Shown here one piece after another: positions 53,363-64,000 of a DNA stretch of 64,000 nt. The notes beneath the pieces are model-generated. The model searched no databases. It had not been told where the DNA came from and saw nothing but the letters and a program-made list of their open reading frames with translations. Numbering within the stretch: position 1 is the stretch's first letter; each line of letters starts with the position of its first letter. Origin of the DNA: Leptogorgia sarmentosa (taxonomy: Eukaryota); assembly GCA_964658305.1 (NCBI GenBank), contig OZ210884.1:7502001-7566000 (forward strand), in the 5' to 3' direction. The position numbers and the translations under genes are program-made.

Positions 53363-55139
53363 CTTAGATCATTTTCAGATAGCCAGTAAGAAGATGAAAG
53401 ACTTCCCATGAACCAATATTTGAAATCATAAAAACATGTGTGAATTTCCAAGCTATCAAAAATTAAACGTCGTTTTTGTGGGGTTTTTTCGCATTAGCTA
53501 CGGTCAGTAGATACAATGCAAAGGAGTAAATATAGAAACATAGGAAAATCAAAAGATAACATTTAATTGTTTATAATTTTGAGCCGTTGGAGCCAAGACA
53601 ACATAAAATGTGATCATGTCTTATGAACATATACAACCTTTGAAACATTCTCAATCATTACCAATTCAAGTCGTGCAGGAAAATTATTGAAAAAGATTGG
53701 AAAAGGTCTCAGAATTATAGACAAACATTGCCACATCTTTCAACATCATATTGCTATAAGATTGAGCAAAAACAGGAACAAATTATCCAACTCAGCGTTT
53801 GTCTATTTGTATTTTGCAAATATTCGCAAACTTCTTGGAAACCGAAAGTTAGAAAATTTCCCCACTGTGACATTTTTACAACTTTCCATTGAAAAAATTA
53901 TGTTTTCTTGACAAACCGAATATCTTAAAGCTGAGTTAATCCGTCCCTGTCTTCACCTGAATTTATAACGAAATGTTTGAAATGTCTGCTAGTTAAATTA
54001 AATTATACGATACTTAATAAAGGATAATGGCAATAAAGATAATTTAACATAAAAGTAACATTGATTATATTCTCCAGGCCAAAATCTTATTGAAGAATTT
54101 TTGCCTTTTTTGCATTAATGATATTATCGTTGATTATAAAAAATTCCACTGCATTCCGCCATCTTATTGGATAGCCTACCATTGTTAGATATCTATACGA
54201 ACGTCACAAACAGCGCAATTAGTTTTGTACTTTGACCTACTCTTGCGTTACTTAGTAGCTAAACGTAAAACTTTTTTTTTCACTTTTAAAGCGTCTATAC
54301 CGTTGTTGTGAGATTGATCAAAATTAATTTTAGATCGAAGTTATTATTTGCAACATGAATTTGTAAGAATTTTCTAAAACAAATTCCGGCCAAAAATAAC
54401 TTCGAAAAACCACGGACAAAATCAGTATTTTATTAAAAAATATTCTTGGCAACCGACGGTTGTTAGATTGGTTGACGGATCAACAAAAAACGCGATCCTC
54501 CATTCCAGTCTCATCTTTTGAATAAAAATGTTCAATTCAACTTTTATGGAATATGAAATAGAACTTCTTCGTCTCCCGCTAACGTAACGCTTTCTCTGAA
54601 AGTCTCACAGGATGCTAACAGTGTTGAACGTCAAGATGACTTTTTCAGAGATGAAATAGTGACAACACATTTTGGTCTCATGTTCCTTGACATAAAAATC
54701 ATGGAAAGTTCTCATTCTGAATAAATGACGTTACCGACATTGGAAGATGCACACTATAGAGACGATATTTTTCTTAGAGGAACTTCTTTCCACATAGCTA
54801 CTGTACTGAAATAAGTTATTATTGGCGTTCAATATAGGGTATCTGTAATGCATGCATCTTTTGTTGTTGTTGTTGTCGAGATTGGATTCTGAAGACCAGA
54901 AATTCCGATAACCGTATTTCATTTTCCATGGCCGACTGTCTCGATTAGCATCGTGGTTATTTCAGTAAGCCTCTGCTTATAATAAAACACTTGTGTATAA
55001 CTGAATGCAAGAAAATATAAAAATGCCTTTTAATTTCACAAAGATTTTACAATGAAGAATAATACCACAAGTACTGTTATCGTTCAATTTCTAACCCCGT
55101 TGATTAAACATTGCTGCAATATAGTTGATTACATGCACC

Positions 55140-58100
55140 TTAGCAATTTATAAGAGCCCTAGCGTAGTCAATATAACATTGTTCTGTTTTGGGATGGTCT
55201 CTTCCTAGAATTTTCGAATACATTTTGTACGCCAGACGCAAATTATTCACTACAAGACTTTTGTTTTTCATTTTACTTGCGGTTGCGGCCACATTGAAGT
55301 ACACATCACCTTCATGTTCGCTTCCCTCAGAGAAAACATCTTTAATGACAGACAACGCGTCATAGTCAGAAGTTAAAGCCTTTTCATAAGATTCTTTGAA
55401 ATAATAAGCTTTTGCGAGTTCTCTCCGACAATCAAATTCTTCATATTTCTCAATAAACTCATGACACAATTTCGGAAGTTGCACTAGCAATGCATGTTCA
55501 AGAGACTCAATTGCTGCAACGTATTCCCGCATTTCATTGAAAACAAAACCCTTAAGGAAATAACAACGAAATAGCCAAAGATGCAGTTTACATCTAGAAA
55601 GCGACTCCGCAATCTTGGTAGCTCGGTCAATTATCTTTTCCGCCAAAGTAGGCATTTCAATCCTAACTAAGGATTTCACTACATTCGTGTAACAGATAAC
55701 TGTGGCCTCCCGAACAAAGATATGACTTAGCATTGTGTCGTCTAACTTTATATCCAAAGCTTCCTGAAGAGACGCCAAACTATCTTTAAGCTTTCCAGAC
55801 TCAAGTTGCTTTTCAGCTAATTTCAGATCCATTATTGCCAATAGGGGTTTATACAAGTATTTTTCCTTCATGACACGCGTGGCATTATGAAACGATTCCA
55901 TATATAACTTTTCATTCACCTTCTGATCCAGAAATGTGCTACAGATGAAAAGTTGCGCATGTTCGTCATTCCAATCCGCAGCCAATTCAAGTGCGGTTTT
56001 AATAACATTCACACTTTCACTGTTGTTGCCAGCATCGTTGTGCACATGTGCAATATTACAGTAACCCATAATCACGAAACTGGAAAAACAGCGGTTGGAA
56101 GCGTGAAGTTTGACCGCTATTTCCAAAGCTCTTTGAAGTGTCGCTAGGGCTGAAGTGAAGTCATTTAGCCGCCGCTGTGTCAGGCCTATAAAGAAAAGAA
56201 CTTCCACAATTTCTTCAGTATCTTCACTGGCTAATTTCCTTCTCATTCTAAGTGCGGCTTCAAAAGATTCAATGGCTAATTCATACTTGTTCATGCATTC
56301 GTATATTCGTCCTTTCCCAAGATAAGCATTTACCAGGATGTCATTAACACTGCTGTCCCTTTCATCAGCGGTTTCCAAAATTCCAAAAACCTGATCAAAT
56401 GCGTCAAGAGCGAGATTATGATTCTCAACAGCTTGTTGAGTCAAGCCTATCATCAGGTGCCAAATCGCAGTAACTTTATTTTGTGTCCCAGAGAACTTCA
56501 GTGAAACTCCGCTACGATGCATATGAATGGCGGGAGGATTTTTTTCTATTTGAAATGTCTTATCTTTCCTAATATTTATTCTTAAACTATAGTGATAAGA
56601 TACTCGTGCCCTAACGTCATGAGACGAACTGGACACTGTTCTCCCTGTCAATTCCGAATTTAAACAATTGTCTAGAAAATTGGTCTTCCCATCCAAAGAA
56701 AATATATGTCCAGAAATGTTGCGAAGAACAGGTAAAATACCATAATAGTACGTGATCATCGAAATTAAATAAGATGAATAAACAAGCGGCTTGTTTCCAA
56801 GGAAGTGCTTTAATCTACGTAACAGGTGATTTGCTGTTTCATCACTTAAAAAGTGTTCAGACCAGAAACACAGAAGATTTAAGAATATTATTAACTGCTC
56901 TTCGTTTGATTTGTTTTCTCTCGTAGATGAAGATTGCTCACAATCATCAATTAAAAAAAGGTTGTAATTACCAATTCCGTGACAAAGTTCCATAGCTTTT
57001 TTACTGAAATTGTTTGATTCGCTGCACTGTTTAAACTCTGTGTAATATAGTGCAAGAAGCTGCAGACATAAGCATTTTATAAGTTGCTGATCTGGGCAAT
57101 TTGCCAAGCCATCAAGATGTTTTTCAATCTGCTCGACACCTGACTTTCTATTTCCTTTGAGAATACAGAAAATTCCTTCATAACAGCCTAGTTTTGCTGC
57201 ACTACCATCCGTTGACAAAATGACGTTTGCACGTACTTGTTCAGGTATGTCTGAGTCTATATTCGAGACAGACAAATTATTTGAAGATACAACAATACGA
57301 CCAAAACGTTTGCTGACATACAACTTCGAGCAATCGTATTCTTGTGTATTAGATTTCTCTATAACTAAATCATACAATTTGGGAATAGGCAGTGATTGCG
57401 CCCACGGGAAATAAATCTGAAAAAGGAATACTTCACACTTAGATAATATGCGAATAAGATCTTGCAAACTATGTGTCAGAGACTGACCCATAACAGTTGC
57501 CAGATGCTCCATCGTGTCTTCCAGTTGCGGACTGTCAATCGACTTTCCTGCCAGGAAATCGTCATTGAACTTTTCAAAAAGAAGTAAGTAATAACTACAG
57601 AAGCGAAGTCTAGAAGAACTAACAACGTTCTCAAAATCAATTCCTTTGGCTTTTTCCACGACAAACGAATATATAAGAGGATGGATAGAGTAACTTTCTC
57701 CTCCGGAATCTTCGTCAATTAACGATTTCTTGACAAGTGTTTTAAGGCTACGTGTGCTTTCCACAATTCCTATTTCCGCAGAAAGAACCTGAACAGCGGC
57801 GTCCTTACTTATTCTAGAGGACCTGAACACGGTTAATGAAATCAATGCATGTTTGTCAGTTATCGTCAGCTGCTCGAACGAAATCTCAAATAATCTTTTT
57901 ATGTTTTTCTCGTATGGACTGTCTATCTGCTCCAGTAAATCTCCCGAAAGTCTTAGCGCTTCAAGTATTACATTCGCCATATCTTCAGTGTTGTTTTCGA
58001 GCAATGAAGCAACAAGTTTCATCGCCAGAGGAACATGAGAACAAATTTCAGTCACTTTAGCCACAACATTTTCCGAAATTTTAGGAAGAAGTTGACGAAC

Positions 58101-60788
58101 AAATTTTACAGACGAAACAGGATGGAGGGGTCGAATTCGGATGTTTTGAAAACCATTGATTTGAACGCACGTATTGTCCAAAATCCCTCTCGTTGTACAG
58201 ATAATATTAATATTAGCATTAGTGTCTAGCAATTCTACGAATAAACGCGATAGAGTGGCTGAACCACTTTCAACGGACAAAAGATCATCAAGGTTATCAA
58301 ATATGAGAAATACTGGACAAGAAATTTCTCTAAAAATACTTACTAGCTTGTCAATAGGTTTTAGACCATGATCCACTAAACTACATTTAAAAATACCTAA
58401 AAGTTTTGATAAAAAATCGTCCACTGTGTTAATACCTTGCAATTTGAAAAAATAAACAGGATACCCAAGAGAAACAAGATGATGTGCTGCTCCAATGGCT
58501 GTTGATGTTTTACCAAATCCAGGCGATCCCCAAATGTTCAACAGTCGTGTTGATTGGTCAGTTATGAGGTTCGTAATTTGTTCAACTTCGACTTCCCTGC
58601 CAGTGAAGAACGGGACAGCGCTTGGAATATATGGCTTGGGTAATGTCTCTAAAATGGATGATACAACAATAAGTAGAATGAGAATTGAGAAACAATATTC
58701 TCAGGCACTACATTTGTGTCGATGTTTCTCTGAGCGTATGCACCCTGAGAAAGCAGAAAAACTACTCGATCTTAACGAGAACTAGTGGCCGCACGTCAAA
58801 GGAGAAAAATTTGCCAAGAATTAAAGCCGATTTTTCGAGAAGTACTTCGCAAATGTAATGCATATACATAGGACAACAATTATCTCAATACGTAGTTGAA
58901 GTTTCACTTCCTATGCTAATATCAATTATCGAGACAATGGCGAGAAATAACGGACTTTGGGTGCAAAATATAATTTTATTGCAATACATTGCAAGTGAGT
59001 GCACACGGCTAATTAATATTCCACGGCCAGTATACTTTCGCTTTCTCGCCATGAAGCAACCGACGATACACTTCGCTTAATAAAAGCATGACTAGTGCAT
59101 CGCTACTTTATTTGTTCTTATAAGTCAACCCTTTAATTTATAACCCACTAACAAAATGATAAACGGAAGTTGAAACAGGTATCTATATATTGGTATAGGA
59201 ATTCAAACTGTTTTAATAATTCTTGTAGAATTTATTTCATGATTTTGTTTTTATCATAAAAAATGTCTAGCAGTATTTTACAGCATGTTTAATACAGCAT
59301 GAAAAAATAAAAAAATTCCAAACTCAAGAATCACAATACGATATTCTGGCAAGAACTACAGTACAGCACATCTAAAGAAAAACTATCATGTTATACCTGC
59401 TATATTTCCCTTTTCATCCAAGTTTAACTTTTTCATCATCTGCTCCACTTTCTCTATTTTCTCCGTTTGTTTTTCCACTACTGAATTAAAATGATAAACG
59501 GAAGTTTGAACATCGGTATCGGTATATTGGTATCGGAAGTAACACAACGTTTGTAGTTTCTTCATAAGGGAGTCTTCGTTAAAAGAAGTTTTATGAAAAA
59601 ATTTTAAAAAATCCATTGAAACTCGGCAATCACAATGAGATATTCTGGCAAGAACTACAGTGGTTCTAAAGAAAAACAATCATGTTATACCTGCTATATT
59701 TCCCTTTTCAACCAAGTTCAACTTTTTCATCATCTGCTCGACATTCTCTATTTTCTCCGTTTGTTTTTCCACTACTAAAATGACAAACGGGAGTTGGAAC
59801 ATCGGTATCGGTATATTGGTATCGGAAGTAACACAGACTTAATTATTCTTGGAGTGTATATTTCACGTTTGTGGTTTCTTCATAAAAAAGTCTTCATTAA
59901 AAGAAGTTTTATGAAAAAATTTTAAAAATCCATTGAAACTGAATCAATTGATTCCTGAATCACAAGGAGATATTCTAGCAAGAACTGCAGTACAGTACAT
60001 CTAAAGAAAAACTATCTTGTTATACCTGCTATATTTCCCTTTTCAACCAAGTTCAACTTTTTCATCATCTGCTCCACATTCTCTATTTTCTCCGTTTGTT
60101 TCTCTGTCTGTTCTTCAATAGAAGATAATTTCAGCTCAATTTTCTCGTGAAACATGCTCATTGCTTGTAACTCCTTCACACGACATTCCTCCAGTTTCTG
60201 AACTTTCTCTGTAGGAAAATCATCTTCGCTCATTTGACCGATAACGTCAACAAAACTGGTATCAATCTTCACTGCTGTTAAAGCGTTGATTACTAGCTGC
60301 ACATAAACATCAAAATCAGTTTTAACTATTTCTGGTTTTGGTGAATGGCAAAGTTTGTTTCTCAATAAACGCAGTTGATCAATTGCCAAAGCGTAGGTTT
60401 CATCATGATTTCCTGTTGAGCTTTGAACTGAAGAATGAAAAGAACCTGGAACTGGCTTCACTTTCTTCAAATATAAATCGTTCAATGTTGAACCCTTGCT
60501 ACTCGGTGCACCAAATGTTTTGGCATAGATTGTTGCTTTAAACAAAGCTGTACAATCCCATTCTTCAATTGATTTCCCTGTAGGTATATCAGTTTTTCCT
60601 TCAGATGTGAGAAGCAAGTTTCGAACTGTATTGCTATCATCCCAGGGAATGAATCCTGGTTTCATCGAAACTTTACTGTCCCACATGGTGACAAAAATTT
60701 CACGCAACACCTTCGGAAACTCATCGAGAACAAGTGTAGAAAACTTAAAGAAATTCAATTGTTCCTTAGAAAATGGTTTTGCTGCCAT
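55140..60788 (-). CDS. NLR-like STAND protein: HEPN (DZIP3-like) - repeated coiled coil - STAND NTPase - TPR repeats, ~1479 aa
   Basis: Exons 60026-60788 (phase 1; SKEQLNFFK..WDCTALF..DQLRLLRNKLCH), 59691-59774 and 59397-59480 (84 nt each, phase 1-1), and 55140-58648. The last has FTGREVEV, Walker A GSPGFGKT, Walker B LIFDNLDD, IICTTR, HVPLAMKLVA, YSIHPLI and TPRs such as AYLGKGRIYECMNKYELAIESFEAAL and SKILGRDHPKT. Confidence 0.88.
59140..60110 (-). repeat. Tandem ~300-bp intron+exon repeat (3 coding copies plus a degenerate intron copy)
   Basis: EKQTEKIE(N/K)VEQMMKKLNL(V/D)EKGNIAG-coding sequence and the following intron recur at ~60026, 59691 and 59397. A decayed intron end lies near 59150-59200. 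Confidence 0.85.
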
Positions 60789-61598
60789 CGCGCGTGAGTG
60801 TAAAATCTAGACCATTTTTCTTCTTCTAGTTGTAGGAACTACGTATACATAAATCTACAAAAGCAATTAAAATATAACTGGAATATGAGCAATTTTTTAA
60901 CCATTGCATTTCCTTTCTTGCATCTTTAATTTGAATTCTTGCAAAATTTGATGAAAACCTTGCACGTTTCACAACTATGAAAACTTAGCTGTTTTAGAAT
61001 ATTATTTAACCAGAAAAATCTCAGTATATAAAAGTGGCCAAATGATATAAAGTGAAAATTGCACCATTGCACAATGGTCAACTTGGACAACATAAAACAT
61101 GATTGTTATTTAAAGGCTAGGCTGGCTAGCTAATAGGAATGTTCGTGATCTTCTACGAATTAATTCATCGTTGTGCCAATTATTCTTAAACAGGCTTGCT
61201 GCAGGAAATTCACTCCTTAATGTTCAAATGGGCTACATTGTGCATCAAAAAGTGTACAGTTGAAAAATATTCGCAAACTATGAAGCATGCGCAGTCAAGA
61301 AAACTAAGAAACACTCTCTGGTGTCTACCACTAAAATTATTTTGAAAACAATAAATGTATTTTGAAGGATACTTAGAAATGCATTACCCACAGTTTAGTC
61401 CTTATATGCACCCAAATTGTTAATTGGGTAAAAATATGGAATATATTGTACTCGCTAACAAAGTTTAGACAATTTTGGTGCAGCCTGAGACGAAATTGCG
61501 ACGTCCAAAAACTTGATCCTCAAGAATTAGCTGGCGAATTTTGCATTGTAATTTATGCAACTAATCCCCGCATCTGAGCATGTATAAAATTACATTAA

Positions 61599-63048
61599 AG
61601 TGTCCATGTCAGAAAATGGGTTTTTGCATTTTTGAAATGTATAGGTAAAATACGTTTATAAGTTCTAAAACAGAAATACGATTACGTTTTTAGTTTTAAA
61701 GTTATAAGCCATTGAAATTTGAAATTTTCAAATTTTAACGGCAAAAGTTTTTGAAAACCGCGAAGGTGGGGGACTGGTGACTATGACGTCAAAATAGTAA
61801 CTCGTTGGCAGTAGGCCTAACTCAAAGGCATATAAATACATAGGACTAGTCGCAACATAAGCGCTATATATTAAATAAAATGGCCCCGTCGAGTTCAGAT
61901 ACGGAAAGTAACAGCTGGTACAGTGATGACCCTGAGTGGAACTATATTCCTGGGCCAATATGAGATCGAAAATCCGAGTACAACCGATGAAAATATCGGT
62001 GAAGGTGAAGCGCAGTCATGCAGCGATCGCGCTCAAGATGCCGTAGGTCCTTGCGCAAATGAACCAATTGCTGCGGTTTGTATTTTAAATTCGCTACTGT
62101 TGTCCTTCTCAGACTTGTGACACTCACTGTTGATTATGTTACACTGCACACGTGAATAGATTAGAATGTAGAAACAATGTGCACCATACAATGTCTATAT
62201 ACGCATGCATACAAGTATGCGCGTGCATGCGTGCGATTGATTGGTACCATGCAGGTGTTATAGCACATTAAGTAAATTACACATCTCACTTGTGCTTTGT
62301 TACGCTATACACACGATTTGATTCCATTTTTATACCGAGTTATGCCGGCAAAGCAACGAAACCGCCGCGTAGCAATGAAACCACTAGCCTGTGTTTACAT
62401 GCGTCTGCGAGCAGGCTATGAAACCAAAGAAATCTGAAACATAAGACGGGTTTTCCCAGCAATTTGGGCAAGCAGGATTGCAACTACACCAATTTCGTCT
62501 GTAGACAACCGCATTTATTTACGGGAAGGACAAGAAAAGATTTGCGTAAAATCTTCTTTTGCAAAATGCGCAGAACAAATGCTTGAGACTGAAGTGGGTT
62601 CCCACTTTGCTCGTTTAAGTTGAACAAAGCCAACCCACAGTTTGCGTCTCCTTTTCGCTTCAGGCCTTTCTTCTCCAGCAAAAGGTATAAAATGGAGTGA
62701 AATGCCTTGTTTGGCATCAGCTACATTAGAGCATCCTCCGACAACACATCTATTCGGCATTTTTAAAATTTCGTGACTTTTATTTTCAATATCACTGTCT
62801 ATATGCTACTACACGCAATAGTACTTTCTGTATCGCGAGTCAGACGAGTTACTATTTTGACGTCACACACCTAAACTCGTCCCAGTCTCATTTTCGCAAC
62901 TTTCATATTTTTCAGAATGCAAATTTTACTAAGAAACGGCTATAACTTTAAAACTAAAAACGCAATCTTAATTCTGTTTTAGAACTTATAAACTTATTTT
63001 GGCTATAGATTTCAAAAATGCAAAAACCCATTTTCTGACATGGGCACT
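61599..63048. mobile_element. Internally deleted Kolobok-like DNA transposon
   Basis: TTAA|AGTGTCCATGTCAGAAAATGGGTTTTTGCATTTTTGAAAT...ATTTCAAAAATGCAAAAACCCATTTTCTGACATGGGCACT|TTAA. TIRs ~110 bp. Subterminal inverted TGACGTCAAAATAGTAACTCGT. Carries a THAP remnant. Confidence 0.85.
62515..62760 (-). pseudogene. THAP zinc-finger domain (transposase N-terminus remnant)
   Basis: MPNRCVVGGCSN..ISLHFIP..RRKLW..ICSAHF C2CH signature. An in-frame TAA is followed by MRLSTDEIGVVAI, resembling the THAP C-terminal tail. No DDE core is present. Confidence 0.8.
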
Positions 63049-64000
63049 TTAACCCGCTGCGATTTTTCCAGCACGATTCGCATTTGGATTTGATATATGA
63101 AAAGTATCGCAGACTCTAGCGCAAATTTCTTTTCCGTACGCAATGGAAAGCATTTGGGGTGCTAAACCATAAATTAAAATGTGGCTTCTTCACGCGCACT
63201 TACTCGATTGACGCGCACTTACTCGATTGTGTGATTCATGCCAAACTAATCGTAGCATGTAAACGTATCTTTGAAGCATTTTGGTATTATTTTACGCTGC
63301 CTGCGCTGGTCACGTATTGAAGATAGTTATAATTCTCAGATGGTCACTGAGAATTCGTGAACACTAATGTATTACAACACCTTTTATACCATATTACGCT
63401 CTAGATAGCCTTCAGCTCGGTTTATATGTTAGCATATCATCATTCATATAACTAGCATACAGTTACAACCCTTCAGTGTGGTAAATATGTTATTTTCTTC
63501 TTACCTTCCGATACTCAGTAGACAATCTAATACACCCAAACCAGTCTTTGATAAATCCTGCTCAAGACAAGTAATAAAGATGCAATGAACTTGCTGCCAA
63601 TATGAGAATATAATGTCTACACTGAGACAACTCTGGTGGCTCGGAGCGAGGCGGAAGCTAGTATGATTGAAAAATTTTCGTCTTTGCAAAGGCTTATGGG
63701 AAAATTTAGGTCGTTCATTGGTTGCATGGTTCTGGGAATATACATGTTACTAAAGTACTAGGTTACCCACAGGGTAGGAAATGCTGCCTTGGCGCAAGCT
63801 GTAGTCATCGAAAGTATTACTCAAAAATGATATCAATAAAAACAAATGGAATTATTATGAAAATTTTACAGAATGAGTGATTGTTAAGTGGTAAATGGTG
63901 AATGTTAAGTGTAATGTATATATTTGTTATTGCAATATTGTAAGATCTAAACGGGAACAGTTGCGATAAAAACCGTATAAATATTACACTGTTCTTGTTT

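Noticed and set aside
61599..63048. piggyBac assignment for the TTAA-flanked elements
   Set aside because: Termini are AG..CT rather than CC..GG and a THAP domain is present, which fits Kolobok better.

Overview
AT-rich, intron-containing eukaryotic (animal) DNA. The gene content and short repeat families suggest a cnidarian or similar marine invertebrate (inference only). I spliced the genes by hand from GT/AG sites and reading phase. (1) A Dispatched/Patched-type RND/SSD membrane protein on the minus strand runs off the left edge. (2) Two large NLR-like STAND NTPase genes each begin with an N-terminal exon encoding a HEPN-type domain with an intact RxxxxH motif. The first (14396-21395, +) is HEPN-coiled coil-NB-ARC-TPR-beta-helix-MYND-CTD, about 1534 aa. 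The second (55140-60788, -) is HEPN-coiled coil (extended by two duplicated 84-nt exons)-STAND-TPR, about 1479 aa. (3) Between them lies a cluster of small secreted Cys-rich or lectin-like genes: PAN-EGF-GON, PAN with two alternative first exons, short-chain collagen C4 and PAN-fibrinogen. Part of this cluster is a ~7-8 kb tandem duplication that truncates the gene at each junction. (4) There is an intronless class A GPCR. (5) Mobile and repeated DNA includes two TTAA-flanked Kolobok-like non-autonomous elements (one a ~1 kb foldback, one with a decayed THAP), many MITEs, a perfect 14-bp minisatellite and a 52-bp repeat built from a gene's stop codon. The best candidate system is the pair of HEPN-RNase-STAND-TPR sensor/effector genes flanking a putative innate-immune cluster.
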